A DNA stretch of 64,000 nt from Convolutriloba macropyga (taxonomy: Eukaryota): NCBI RefSeq assembly GCF_964194025.1, contig NC_134475.1:54002001-54066000 (forward strand), read 5' to 3'. The notes under the pieces were generated by a model. The model ran no database searches and was not told the DNA's origin. It was given only the letters and a program-made list of their open reading frames with translations. Positions 39,524 to 54,100 of the stretch are shown here, piece by piece; position 1 is the first letter of the stretch; every line of letters begins with the position of its first letter. Both the position numbers and the translations under genes were made by a program.

Positions 39524-39850
39524 CTAGAAGGTACTAAATGTTAGAGCCGAATGGTCGAATTTTTGATTGAGACAAATCATAATTATGAACGAATACTACT
39601 TTATCTAAACAGTGATCCCCGCAAAATGTTTTATTAGCATTCTTGGTACACTGTGTAAGAGCTTTTGCCAAAAATTGATAAAAAAGAACTGAAAAGATAG
39701 AATTTTAGCATGTTTACACCATTAGGTTTGTGTTCACTGAAAGTGTAAAAGCGGAGCTTAAAAATTGCAAGTTTATTGGGAAATTTGTATAGGAAAAGTG
39801 TAATAAAGATGAAATAAAGAATGTAATTAGAATCAAACATTAAAGTTCTT

Positions 39851-41702
39851 CACACGCTAGTTCAGAAGATCGAACATAACCGACGCAAGAAATGCTCAGT
39901 ATGTTCGGTTTTCGACGTAAAAAGTCGTCCGTATGTACAGCTTCGTCGGTATTATAGGTCTCATTCGCAAAAAATGGTCGGCGTGTTTGGTCTCTTATAT
40001 TCGGCAAGTTCGGTTTCGTAAATTCGGTATGTTTGCTTTTAAACTTAAAGTAATCGTGGGTTTCTTCTATACAAAATTGTGAGTTATTTTGTATTCAAGG
40101 TAGTCAAATATTATGATAACTTTCTCATCGCTCGAGTTTCAACCAACTCTAGGAGACAATTTCTTAAAAAAATGGAATATTGATTGACTTTTTTTGCAGC
40201 TAACTTGTTCAATAAAATAGATTTTTTGAACATTGATGTTGATTAAGTTCAATAAATCACACTCACTGTGTTTCAAAATGATAAGGAGAAATCAAGTTCA
40301 AAAGTCAGTTTGTTATACTATTCTGTGCCCAGGTTTTGGTCCAGACCCAAATTGAGCTATGATCAGACCCAATCGAGCGCACACCCCTCTGTTCCCGGAC
40401 CCAAATTACAGGGTCTGGAAAGCGGTTCGATCGCATAATAGTCTGGACCATGGTCCGATTTCGGTCTGATCAGAGGTCAATTCGGTCTGGACGGTCTGAT
40501 CATAGTCTTTATAGTCTAGACCATGGTCTGGGTTGGGTCTGATCAGGGGTCAATTCGATCAGGAAGGTCTGATCACGGTCTTTATAGTCTGGACCATGGT
40601 CTGGGTTTGGTCTGATCAGAGGTCAATTCGGTCTGGAAGGTCTGATTTCGAGTGCATTAGTTTTTCAATTTTTTTGTTTTTTTTATTGAGGGATGTTGGC
40701 TCTGCTAAGAGGCAACAATAAAGCAGCGTTCCGATCAGAGGCTCATCTAAAGTCCAATGTCTCTGATCAGAAACAAGGAGTCCAGCTGATAGCAAATGCC
40801 GGTCCCCTCAAGAGGGAATTTTGATTAACTGAAGACCACGACGTTTCTTGTGGAAAGCTGTCTAAGTTCATCCATTGAGTCAGAAATATGAACTAAGGAG
40901 TATCGTAAATAATTTTTTTTTCAACAGTTAGGTTTCGTTTTCATTAGCAATTTTTTCAGAATTGGCTTTTCTTTAGATGATTTTAATACTGCAAACACCA
41001 GTTTTTTTTTGAAATGAATCTATTATAGCAAAATTAAGAGATTTGTTCATAATTAAAATCTTTCTCTGATCAGACTATTTTGAGCGCACTTGAGTCTGAT
41101 CATAGTCTGACTGAGGTCTGTCTAGGAAATGGTCCGAAATTGAGTCTGGACCATGGTCTGAAGATGGTCTAATCATAATATGTTTATAGTCTGGACAATG
41201 GTCTGAATTTGGGTCTGATCATAAGCGCACTATAGTCTGGACAGTGGTCTGGGTTCGGTCTGATCAGAGGGCATTTTGGTCTGGAAAGTCTGATCAGAGA
41301 TCATTTTGGTCTGGAAGGTCTGATCAGAGGTAACTTCTGTCTGGAAAGTCTGATCAGAGGTCATTTCAGTCTGCATAGTCTGATTATAGCTCAATTTGGG
41401 TCTGGACCTAAACCTGGGTGGTTTAACACCTATCATATCGACGCCTCCGTACGTTTGAATCCGAACATACCCACGATTTCCTGGGTTTAAGACCAAACAT
41501 ACCGACAATTTCCTACATTTAAACCCGATCATCAGTTTCTTAGGTATAAAGCGAATATACCAACTATTTTCACGTTTAAACCCAAACATACAAAATATTT
41601 CATATGCTCAGAAATCGAACATGCGGCATTTTATCTAACTAAACCCAAACATACCGACGATTTTCTTGCGTTTAAAAACGACGATTTGTGGACTAGGGCT
41701 GG
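39851..41702. mobile_element. Older non-autonomous DNA element (aacatacc repeats) hosting a nested insertion
   Basis: Degenerate TIRs ctagt.ca.aa.atcg...acgcaagaaa...gtatgtt; gtatgttcgg/ccgaacatac subterminal repeats on both sides. Confidence 0.55.
40328..41418. mobile_element. CCCAGG-ended non-autonomous CACTA-like element
   Basis: ~40-bp TIRs cccaggttttggtccagacccaaattgagctat / atagctcaatttgggtctggacctaaacctggg; TSD tg; gtctgatcag/ggtctgga subterminal tandem repeats. Confidence 0.9.
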
Positions 41703-43828
41703 TGCAGTTGTCCCCTCAATTCTTGGGTTGAACGATTGCGTTCCTGTCTGGCCTCACATTTGTTAGGATAATTAAGAGCGAATCCAAATGATTCTTTGTT
41801 AAACAGCCTGATACTACGTTAAAAAAGCATAGAAATCTATATCGCTGGTTTCAAATCTGGGAATGTAGAATGGATCCGAACGACCCACTCTTCCGTAAAG
41901 TTGCCAGTAAACAAATTAATTTCGCTCCACGAGCCTAGTAATCCACACGCAAACTGGCGTCAATCGATCTGTTAGGGAAAACGAAACACTCAAAAAAGAT
42001 ATCTTGAAAAACGTGATTTTCAGAATCAATAGCTTCAAAAGTCAAATTAAAACGAGGTCATAAGAAAATCCGAATAGTTTTTAGAAAAATTTTAAAATTT
42101 GGTCAGCGAGTTCCTTTTTTAGATCTAGCTTTGAACTTGATTTGAACTGCTTTCAACCAAGCTGAAGACAAAAAAACTTGATTGATTAGCTGGTCAAACA
42201 GTCCTAAGCCTCGGGATTAGCAATCGTGTTGACTCAGTTGTAGACGCTTATGAACCTAAAACTTGCTGCTAAAGGAAATCAGACCAGTCACAATCCAACG
42301 CAAATTTAAGCCACTCACAGTTGAGTTCAATTTTTTGCTCTAAAGCAGCGTCTCATCAACCTCCGTTTAAGCGGGAATAAACGCAGCAATTGTAAGTCAT
42401 TACCGTTTTTCATCATTAAAACCTTAGAGTAATAGCAACATCCAGCAGTAGGATAGATCTAACTCCTTGATTAAGATCACCACCATAATTTTCATGTAGG
42501 AGTTTCCCCCAAACTATCATTTCAATTTGTGTATTAATTAATCTTTGTATCTTATCCTTTCATTCTCAGCAATTCCCAAATAGGTTTGGAAATTAGAAAA
42601 CACATAGAGCGCAAATAGTGAGAATTATTCTAGCACTTAAATGAGGTTTCCTAATTAATATCTTTTTTAGCTCTAGTGCGGTAATTAAGATCTAGCGATC
42701 AAAATCCCTGCTACACTAAAGTTAAAAACGTATGGTTCAGCAAAACCAAACCTTCAAAACTAAAATTAATCACAATTTCCTGCGTATTTTTTTGCATAGC
42801 TTTTTACTATTAACAATAGCTCAACAATCATTTTGCTTTTTAATTTCTAAGAATTTTTCTGCTCACTATACACTTTTTGAGTCCGCGATAGAGACCAATT
42901 CCTGAAGCAAGAGACAAACTGAAGTGAAAACTTGTTACAACGTTCTTTAATTTTTTCTATACCCTCAATTGGCTCTCCAATGAGAACCGGAGCGTATTTC
43001 ATGTCTCCTTAGAGGACTGAATATTTAGGCAGTTTTTCTGTCCATTTGTAAGTTTGGGGAAAAAATTTAAATTTAATTATAGACAATTTGGATCTTTTTG
43101 GTTTGTGCGCCCCCCCCCCAGTTAGAGAGCATGTGTTTTACATAGTAAATCATTATGTAAAATTATGGCCCGTGCGTCGGGGGCGCAAAAAATGTGCACC
43201 CTCTAATAGGGGGAGCACAAACAGAAAAGATGCGACAATTGTTTTGGTAATCTACCCTTTTCAAATAGGTAAAGACACCCGTTTTCATTACTCTTATTAC
43301 GCATTACTTGAACGACCATATGTACAAAAAGAGCGCAGACATCATAAAGTATGATGTTACCAACGACGTTTTATTACACTACACTAGAGGAAACTTATGA
43401 ATTATAACTTCAATCACGTCATCAAGAAAACAGCTGTAGGTATTTTTGTAACAAACTCACTATTGAGAATAGTGTCAAGGGTTAAATTAAGAGAAACTTT
43501 TATCATCAGTACTTTTAAAAATTTTTGATAACACAGTCCAAATTACGGTAATTTAGCTGGCCTTTTATTAACTTAAGTCATTGGCGTGAAGGAAAAATGA
43601 AATAATTATGACGAAAAATTAACGTTTCCTAAATACCAGAAACCTTGGATTCTTGTATCCCTTTTCAGAACCATAGCTAGACCTTACTGTTTTTTCACTT
43701 TTGTCAAATAGAAAAAGAAACCACTGTTATTAAACACAGAGTATAATTGCCCACACATTTCAAACTCCATAATTTATTGAAAAAAGTAAAACTGATTTTA
43801 AGTCCCGAGAAATCAAACTATTTAAACA

Positions 43829-44270
43829 CACGGTTCGATGTTTATGGGTGAGTTTTTCTAAGAAATACGTTGAATGCGGTGAATTTTTGTAAGAAATGCG
43901 GTTATTGCGGTGAATGCGATAAAAAAATATTGCACGGCATTTCTTATAAAAATTCATTGCGAAATTTACCGCGTTTCTTACAAAAATCCTCCACTTTTGT
44001 TTTACTACGTATACTTAAATTCAAAAGATATTTCTTAGAAGCAAGGTTAAGTGACAGTTGGAGCAGTGGGATAAGAAGTCCAAGACAAGCAGGAGGTAAG
44101 AAGTTCGAACCCGTGTATGGAAATGTTTTTTTTTGTAAGAATACCGAGAACGCGGTGAAAATAAATAATTCACCGCAATTCACCACACTCACTGCACAAA
44201 AATGTAAGAAATACGCGTTAATTTTTTTTTCATCGCAATTCAGCCCATTTCTTACAAAAATCGACCCGGG
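43829..44270. mobile_element. CCCGGG-ended non-autonomous element with internal Pol III A/B box
   Basis: Termini cacggttcgat / atcgacccggg; TSD ca; A-box tggagcagtgg 44059-44069, B-box agttcgaaccc 44102-44112. Confidence 0.8.
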
Positions 44271-45501
44271 CAAATATAAATTAAATATTTTCCCCCAAGC
44301 ACTATAATGAGCTAACAAGAACACATAGAGATTGATTTGATGTCGTCTTGTACTTCAAATGCAATCGAAATTCAAACACTTCGAAGAAAACAATTAAAAA
44401 ATTGGAAAAAAAATTAAAATTAAAAAGTTAAAGTAATTTCTTCAATTAAATCAAAGTGGGCATTTTTCAATTTTTTTGCTAAGAATCTAAAGAGAACTGA
44501 TCAGATAGATTAAAAATTCAATGAATATTTCTCTTCATTTCATTTTTGATATGTTTCTTATTACTCCTATTGAAACCTATAATTGATTAAAACTTTGACA
44601 CTAAATAAGTTGACACTGCTTTGAATCAAAAATTTGATATTTTATTGCCTCTCTTTCTCATAGTGCAACCGTTGATCGAAGAATTACCAAGACTAATTCA
44701 TGTTTTGTGCTCAAGAGTTTTCGGTTGAATTAAGAAAGATTGGACTGTGGTGAATTTTTTCTACAATTTTTTTTTGTTTTTCAATTGGTTCAATATATAA
44801 AAAACAGAAAAAAAGCTAAATAAGCAAAACAAACGAAAGAGGCAAAGCAGCTGAACATCAAGACAATAAGCAAGGCTGAAATAGACCAAAATTCAGGAAA
44901 ATGTGGAAATTGAAACTAGAAAATAAATTTATAGAGTTCATTTTGCACAGGAACTCGTTGCAGTGCTGTTTTAGATCACACTGCTGGACAATGGAATCCA
45001 TAAGACCTTTCTTGTTAGTTTATTAATTGTTCTTCAATCATTTTCAGTGCATTAACAACATTTATTTCGAGATGTGTAACGAATGTAAATAGTCTAAAAA
45101 TAAAACTTCTTCTTTAACAAAAATTTACTTACCTGAAAATTAAAAGAAAAGCGAAAAGTCAACTGTGTTTTTTTTCTAACCAATGTTGTAGTATTTTAAT
45201 TATACAACCTGCATATATATCCAATTTGCGGTATCTGTCACAGTTGCGTTACTAAATCAAAATACATTGAAGTACGGTCAATTTCTCGTGAAATAATTAT
45301 TTCTGATTATTCAATAAAAGTGATAAGTTTAATTTTGGCTAATTACAAGAAAAGCATTTAACGTAATACATGAAGTAACCGTCAAACTACCAAAAGGAGG
45401 CATACAATATCAAATTTGAACCAATAGAAAATTTTCTATCAAAAATTGCTAATCTCAGCGTTCTTGGTAGGAAACTTAGTAAGCACCTTATGCTCGGTTC
45501 A

Positions 45502-45960
45502 CCCGGTCATAGAAATTTCTTCGATTTCATACTAGGTCAGATATGATTCTCAGTTATCATTTGCGTTCCTAGAAGAATTTATGATTTCTAATTAGTTGTA
45601 CCATGATTTCCTGGAAAACACAGAGGAATCATACATAAACTGTCAAAGTCGAAAATTGTTTAATCTCCATTTTTGGTATCGGACGGAAAATTCGAAATTT
45701 TACATGCTCTTATCAGTTGCATAAACATCAATTGGTGGCACAATCTCCCGCATAATGTAATCACAGGGCATTCGATTTGAATCTAGTGCACATACAGTTC
45801 ACAACAATAGTTTCGTGTTTTAATCATGCTTAGGAAACGATTTTGAAGCCATCGGCAGTTTTGTGTTATGCATCTATCCCTCTTCTAAGTGAACATTTGA
45901 AGGTTTGGAGTGATTTCTTTGTTGGATCACATCGTGATTCCAAAGTGTCACATGATGTTT
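45502..45960 (-). mobile_element. Inverted diverged copy of the 31562-32319 family
   Basis: cccggtcatagaaatttcttcgatttcatactaggtcagatatgattctcag aligns to the reverse complement of the right end of 31562-32319. Confidence 0.7.
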
Positions 45961-46699
45961 AATTTTTTTTACTTTTGATAGCCAATTTCATATTCTGCAG
46001 GACATGTGCGCTTCTACTCCTGTTAAAGAAACACTTTTTTCTTTGTTAAAAGAACAAATTATGAAAAAAATATGTTCCAGCATCACTATGATTTGTGCAA
46101 AAAACACTAAAGTGCTTACATTACGATTTGGGGTCCCTGTGTCATTTTCTTCAGTCACTAACTAATTCACGACACGATCAAAAAACAAGGTATGCTTTCC
46201 TCTGGATACATGCTCAACTCATTAATGCTTCTGATTAATTTTAATTTTCTGTTTTATGCGAAGCAAAAATTTGTAACAGTATCACACGCGAGCCAAAAAT
46301 TAAACTTGGAGACAAATTTTCCGATTTTTTTTATCACATAGCAATTTTTTTAAATCAAAATTCGCCCTTTCGATATTGATTTCCGGGAGCGCTAATCAGC
46401 TTTCCATTGTTGATGCACTTGCAGCACGCGCCTGAAAAATATTTTTATAGAAGAAATTTGGTTTCATAAATGTGGGTCATAAACGCAAAAACAGATTTAA
46501 TGCTTCTATTTTTCAAACACAATATTTTATTTGAAATTAAAATAGAATCAAAATTTGTTGTTGTTTTAGTAATTTTTTTGGTCGCTTCCGGCCAATTCAG
46601 TGTTATTTTCAGTGTCAGAGTTCAGGAAAAAAATGTAGAAATAACGAACGTTTTCGATGGTAGCAATTGCTGAGCGCGGGCTTTTGTTTATTTGTGGAT

Positions 46700-47345
46700 C
46701 AAATTGGGACGTTTTTTGGCTTTTTAAAATTTCTTTTGGATCAATTTCGACGTTTTCAGACCTATTTTTGATTATTTTCAGACCTATTTTTGACGATTTT
46801 TGGACCAATTTCAATGATTATCGGACCTATTTTTGACGATTTTCACTCATATTTTCTGACAATTTTCAGCCCTATCTTTGACGGTTTTGAGACCTTTGTT
46901 TGACGTTTTTTGGACCGTTTCGCCGTTCTTCAGACCTATTTTTGATTATTTTCGGAACTATTTTTGACAAAATTCAGCGTTATTTTTGACAATTTTGAGA
47001 CCTTTTTTGACGTTTTTTGGACCAATTTCGCCGTTTCTCAAACCTATTTTTGACGATTGTCAGCCCTATTTCTGTCGATTTTGAGACCTTTTTTTGACGT
47101 GTTTTTCGGACAAATTTCGCCGTTCTTCAGACCTATTTTGACGATTTTCGGACCTATTTTTGACGGTTTTCAGCTCTATTTTGACGGTTTTGAAATCTTT
47201 TTTTGACGTTTTTTGGACCAAATTCGCCGTTTTTCAAACCTTTTTTTAACGATTTTCAGCTTTATTTTTGACGATTTTGAGAGTTTTTTTGACGTTTTCT
47301 GGACCAATTTCTCCGTTTTTCAGACCTATATTTGACAATTTCCGA
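46700..47345. repeat. ~22-bp minisatellite (ttttcagacctatttttgacga)
   Basis: ~28 diverged tandem units with recurring variant order. Confidence 0.85.
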
Positions 47346-47349
47346 ACGA

Positions 47350-48985
47350 TTTTCTATGATCCAGTGAAATCCCATCGATGGATTTTCTATGATCTAGTAA
47401 AAATCAGAGCTTTCCCATCGATGGAACTTCTGTGATCCAGTGAAATTTAGAGCTTTTCCATCGATAGACTTTCTATGGTCCAGTGAAATTCAGAGCCTTC
47501 CCATCGATTGATTTTCTATGATCCAGTAAAATTCAGAGCTTTCCAATCGACGGAATTTCTATGATCCAGTGATATTCAGAGCTTTCCCATCAATGGACTT
47601 TCTATGATCCAGTGAAATTCAGAGCTTTCCCATCAATGGATTTTCTATTATCCAGTAAAATTCAGCGCTTTCCCATCGATGCAATTTCAATGATCCAGTT
47701 AAATTGAGAGTTTTCCCATCGGTGGATTTTCTACGATTCAGTGAAATTCAGAGCTTTCCCGTCGATGTATTTTCTATTATCCAGTAAAACTCAGCGCTTT
47801 CCCATCGATGGATGTTCAATGATCCAGTGAAATTCAGAGCTTTCCCATCGATGGAATTTCCATTATCCAGTGAAATTCAGAGCTTTTCCATCGATGGACT
47901 ATCTATGATCAAGTGAAATTCAGAGCTTTCCCATCGATGGATTTTCTATGATCCAGTAAAATTCAGAGTTTTCCCATCGATGGAATTTCTATGATCCAGT
48001 GAAATTCAGAGCTTTCCCATCGATGAAATTTCTATGATCCAGTGAAATTCAGAGCTTTTCCATCGATGGAGTTTCTATGATCCAGTTAAATTCAGAGCTT
48101 TCCCATCGATGGACTTTCTGTGATCCAGTGAAATTCAGAGTTTTCCCATCGATGGATTTTCTATAATCCAGTAAAATTCAGAGCTTTCCCTTCGATGGAT
48201 TTTCTATGATCCAGTAAAATTCAGAGCTTTCCCATCGATGGAATTTCTATGATCCAGTGAAATTCAGAGCTTTCCCATCGATGAAATTTCTATGATCCAG
48301 TGAAATTCAGAGCTTTTCCATCGATGGAGTTTCTATGATCCAGTTAAATTCAGAGCTTTCCCATCGATGGACTTTCTGTGATCCAGTGAAATTCAGAGTT
48401 TTCCCATCGATGGATTTTCTATAATCCAGTAAAATTCAGAGCTTTCCCATCGATGGAATTTCTATGATACAGTGAAACTCAGAGATTTCCCATCGATGTA
48501 ATTTCTATGATCCCGTGAAATTCAGAGCTTTCCCCTCGATGGAGTTTCTTTGATCCAGTAAAATTCAGATTTTTCCCATCGATGGAATTTCTATGATCCA
48601 GTGATATTCAGAGCTTTCCCATCGATGGACTTTCTATGATCCAGTGAAGTTCAGAGCTTTTCCATCGATGGAGTTTCTATGATCCAGTAAAATTCAGATT
48701 TTCCCCATCGATGGAATTTCTATGATCCAGTGATATTCAGAGCTTTCCCATCGATGTAATTTCTATGATCCCGTGAAATTCAGAGCTTTCCCCTCGATGG
48801 AGTTTCTTTGATCCAGTAAAATTCAGATTTTTCCCATCGATGGAATTTCTATGATCCAGTGATATTCAGAGCTTTCCCATCGATGGAATTTCTATGATCC
48901 AGTGAAGTTCAGAGCTTTTCCATCGATGGAGTTTCTATGATCCAGTAAAATTCAGATTTTCCCCATCGATGGAATTTCTATGATC
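47350..48985. repeat. 43-bp satellite, ~38 copies
   Basis: Unit gatccagtgaaattcagagctttcccatcgatggaatttctat containing palindrome ccatcgatgg; 258-bp (6-mer) periodicity of variants. Confidence 0.95.
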
Positions 48986-50789
48986 AGAGAAAAAGTGTTA
49001 ATGAACCATCGATGGCCCATCGATGGACTTTTCATGAAATTTCTATGATCCATCGATAGGATTTACTGGGATTCCAACCCGGGTAAACACTGATTATGCG
49101 GTTTAAATCCCCTTTTCAAAAGTTATACAAAATTCAAAAATTAAATTGAAATTTTCATTTCAATGCTGTCGGGCACATGACAATAAAAAATAAGCGCCAG
49201 AAAGGGAAACAATAAAGCTAAAACTAGGAAATTAGAAGTAAGATACCGGCAGTAAAACTATTGCAGAACTACCAGACAGATTAATTTTGTAAATTTTAAT
49301 GTTATTAATCGCCAAAAAGATGGAGTTTGTTAATTTTTCTGATAACTAACTTTCATTTCATCTTGGTGTTTTCTTTGTTCATTTTTAGTTTGGAATGATT
49401 GCTATTCTGGCAGGACTGGGAGTAACTGGTTCGAAAAATAAACCGAGATAACTACCCCCAGCACCACTAGCACTACTGGTGCCCATTTGTCACACCCACA
49501 ACGTGCACGTTCCCTCTCCAACCGATGCACGGCCACAAATGATTGCTCCTCCCCTTTTTTCAACTCATTCGAAGCATGTCATAATAAAGGGCGAAAGCAC
49601 AATGTGCTTGTCATACAAGGTTTCTTGATGGGTTCATATTTGCGACAACCTGGAAGGATTGATGAGACTCTAAAACTTAATAAGGTACTGATGAGATATA
49701 AAACAGTATGCACTTTGACCTTGACTGTGTAAAAAGTGACATAATCAATAACTAGCCATAGTAAATATACGGAATTGAAATTTCATGATTCAGTGCTGTT
49801 TTACTCTGGGATTCCACGCTGAGAACACTTATCACTACTTGTGTTTCCTATGAGGTCTTCTACCGATAATATCGATGAGATTTTCCCCTGTTTTAAGAAT
49901 CAAGCTAGTGGAAATTTAAAAGTTACAAGATTCAACGAACCGGGAAGTGCCATTTTCAAATGCGCAAACTCCTGAAATCAAATGCAATTTTTCTGATGTT
50001 GATATAATACCACTGTTTCCTAATTTTGATGGAAAACTTAGAGTTATTGGGAGTTTAGTATATTTTCCTCCTCCATTCACCTTGTTTGCAAATTGCAAAT
50101 TTAGCATTATATGGAATTAATCCTTGTCTAATTAAGCAAATTTAAAATTTCGGAGCTCAAACCAATACTTGTTAGTAATTACTTCATGAGAAATTGGCAG
50201 TAGTTCAATCAAATTCGACTAGGAGCGCAGCACCCACACAAACCGCATTGCGCCGAAACAATTAGATGAACAAAATCAAGTGTTGCATAATATGCTGTTT
50301 TGTTTCAAATAAAATAGTCTTTTTACAAATCTACAGACAGCTTTCCCTTTATGAAAAAATCTGAAACATTCTTAAGATTTTGCAATAATCATCACATTAC
50401 AGAAGATACTGTATGCTCATTGATAGACATAAAATCATATTTTAAGGATTTGTGAGACTCCTTTCCCGTTCAATTTCAGTTGCATCTGTTGATTTTAATT
50501 TTCTTAACCACTATCTACTTGGGCCGACCACCCAGAGCATTGCAGTCAGTCCTGAACCATTCTAATTCCAAAGACTGTACATACACTTTTTATACTGATA
50601 CAGATTCTCTTCCGGTGACAATCTACATTGATCAATGTTTTTTTCAGAGTAAAATTGTAATTCTGATTTTATCCTGCTTTTGATCTGTTCATAACATTTT
50701 TCGTTCAATTTTCAGCCTAATTAACAAAATTTTACAATTCTTCTCAGAACAAAACCATTCTGTTTTTAACCTGTTTCAGCTCTGACTGT

Positions 50790-50910
50790 GCATCACACCT
50801 CAGGCATATTCACACCATACTACCTCACACCACCGCCATACCAACACCATACTACATCACACCACAGGCACATTCACATCATACTACATCACACCACAGG
50901 CATATTCACA
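50790..50910. repeat. ~32-bp CA-rich tandem repeat
   Basis: catcacaccacaggcatattcacaccatacta-like unit, ~3.5 copies. Confidence 0.8.
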
Positions 50911-51104
50911 AAAATGATAGCACTACTAATAAATGAAAGGACGATCTAGAAGAGTAAATCTTAATCGAATAGAGGAGGGGCAAGACTTTTATCATGTATA
51001 TAAGATAGGATGTATTGCAAAATGATATCATGTAATATATCACAAATTTCTTGAGGTTACATTATCAATTTTTCTAGCAAAAATTAATTTTGATCACCGC
51101 TTAA

Positions 51105-54100
51105 TGAGGCTATTGCTACAGAACAACTAGTGAAAGAATAAAAAATCAATATGGAGTAAACTCATGAAATTCCTCAACTGCAAATTTGTTGAATTTGGCC
51201 AATAATTGGCTCCATAGTGACTACAGAAAAACAATGAAACAATAAGAAACTTTCAAATTGGATTATCTTCAAGGAATTCCTCAACTGCAGTATTGTTGAA
51301 CTTGGCTCCTAGTTGTCTCAATAGAGACTACAAAACAAGTAATGAAACATTAAGAGTCATTCAAAATTTATTAATTTCCTGAAATTCCTCAACCGCGGAA
51401 TTGTTGAAATTGGCCCCTAGTTGGCTCAATAGAGACTACAGACAAAATACTGAAACAATAAGAAACATTCAGAATGGATTAAGCTGATGGAATTCCTCAA
51501 CTGCAGAATTGTTGAAATTGACCCAGAGTTGACTACAGGAGGACACAGAAATAAATGAAACAAAAAGAAATATTCAAAATGGATTAAGTTCATGAATTTT
51601 CTCAAACGCATATTTGTTGATTTGTCCCCAAGTTGGCTCAATAGTGACTACAGAAAAAAGGAGCAATGAGAATAATTCAAAACGGATTTGATTCATGAAA
51701 GTCCTCAACCACAGAATTGTTTAACTTGGGTTCTAGTTGGCTCAAGAGAGACTACACAAAAAATATTGAATTAATATGAACCTTTCAATTGGATTAGGTT
51801 CTTGAAATTTCTCAAATGCAGAATTGCTGAGTTTGGCCCCCAGTTCGCTCAATAGAGACTTCAGAAAAAAGGTGAAAAATAAACAACATTCAAAATGGAT
51901 TAAGCACATGAAATTCTTTAATTGCAAAATCGTTGAAATTGGCTCCTGGTTGGCTCAATAGTTACTACAAAAAAGAATCGAAAAAGTTAGAAACATTCAA
52001 ACTTTGTTAAAATCCAGAAATTCCTCAACTGCAGAATAGTTGAAATTGGCCACAAGTTGGCTCATTAGTTGCGACAGAAAAAAAATGAAAGACTAAGAAA
52101 CACTCAAAAAGGGTTCAATTTTATGAAATTCCTCAATTGCACAATTGTTGAATTTGGTTCCTAGTTGGCTCAAAAGGGACCACAGGAAAAATAAAGCAAC
52201 AATGAAAAGCATTCAAAATGAATGCATTTGATGAAAATCCTCAACAGCAAATTTGCTGAATTTGGCTCCTAGTTGGTTCAATGGTGACTACAGAAAAAAA
52301 TGAAACAAAGAGAAACTTTTAGAATGTATTATGTTCTTGAAATTCTTCAACTGCAGAATTGTTGAACATGGCTCCTCTTGGTTCAAAAGGGAAAACAGAA
52401 AAAACAATGAAACAGTGAGAAAAAATCAAAATTCATTAACTTTATGAAATTCCTCAACTCCGGAATTGTTGACTTTGGCCCCTAGGTGGCTCAATATAGA
52501 CTACAGAACATTTAATGGAAAAATTAGAAACTTTTAAAATGGATTAATCATGAATTTCCTCAACTGCAAAATTTGTGAATTTGGCTCCTAGTTTGTTCAA
52601 TAGTTATTACGGAAAATAATTGAAAGAATAAGAAACCCTCAAAATAAATTGAGTGAAATTTTTGAACTAATGAGAAACATTCAAAATTTATTAAATTCAC
52701 GAAATTCCTCAATTGCGGTATTGTGAATTTGACTACTAGTTGGCTCACAAGTGATAACAGAAAAAATATTGAAGGAATAAGAACCATTCCAAAAGAATTA
52801 AGTTAATTAAATTACTCAACTGCGGAGTTGTTGAATTTGGCCCCTAGTTGACTCAATAGAGACTACAGAACATTTAATGGAACAATTAGAAACATTCAAA
52901 TTGGATTGATTGTGAAAATCCTCAACTGCAAAATTGTTGAATTTGGCCCTAAGTTGGCTCAATAGAGACTACAGAAAAAAGTTTTAAAAGGTAAGAAACA
53001 TTCAAAATGGGTTTAGTTTTATGAAAATTCTCAATTGCAGAATTGTTGAATTTTGCTCTTAAAGGGCTAAATAGGGAGTACCGGAAAAATAAAGAATGTA
53101 TTATGTTCTTGAAATTCTTCAACTGCAGAATTGTTGAACATGGCTCCTCTTGGTTCAAAAGGGACTACAGAAAAAACAATGAAACAGTGAGAAAAAATCA
53201 AAATTCATTAACTTTATGAAATTCCTCAACTCCGGAATTGTTGACTTTGGCCCCTAGGTGGCTCAATATAGACTACAGAACATTTAATGGAACAATAAGA
53301 AACACTCAAAATGGATTAATCATGATATTCCGCAAGTTCAAAATTGTTGAATTTGGACCCCAATTAACGCAATAGGGACTAAAGAAAAAAAATGAAAAAA
53401 AAGAAACATTAGAAATGGATTGACTAAATAAAATTCATCAATTTCAAAATTGTTGAAATTGGCTCCTAGTTGGCTCCATAGTGATTACAGAAAAAAGAAT
53501 GAAACAATAAAAATTTTTCAAAATGGATTATTTTCATGAAGTTCCTCAACTGCAGAGTTGTTGAATTTGGCTCCTAGTTGGCTCAATAGTGCCTACAGAG
53601 AAAAATTGAAACAATGAGAAACATTCAACGAGTACTAGGTTCATGAAATTCCTCAACAGCAAAATTTTTGAACCTGGCTCCTAGTTGGCTCAAAAAAGAC
53701 TACAGCAAAAAAAAAATAAAACATTGAGATCCATTCAAAATTTATCAACTTCATGAAATTCCCCAACTACGGAATTATTAAGTTTGGCCCCTAGTTGGCT
53801 CAATAGAGACTACACAACATTTAATGGAAAAATAAGAAACATTCAAAATGGACTAATCATGAAATTCCACAACTGTAAAATTGTTGAATTGGCCCCTAAT
53901 TGACTCAATAGAGACTACAGAAAAAAATTGAAAAAATAAAAATTCAGAATGGCTTAAATACGTGAAACTCCTCAAATGCAAAACTGTTGAAATTGTCTCT
54001 TAGTTGGCTCACAAGTGACTACAAAAAAATGAGAGAATAAGAGACATTCAAAATGATTCAAGTTCATTAAATTACTCAAATGCGGATTTGTTGAAATTTG

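Noticed and set aside
47350-48985. Palindromic short-repeat array as CRISPR
   Set aside because: No unique spacers; head-to-tail 43-bp units; eukaryotic context; no cas genes
49400-50260. Coding-like GC-richer stretch on the minus strand
   Set aside because: Stops in all frames and no recognisable motif; cannot be assigned
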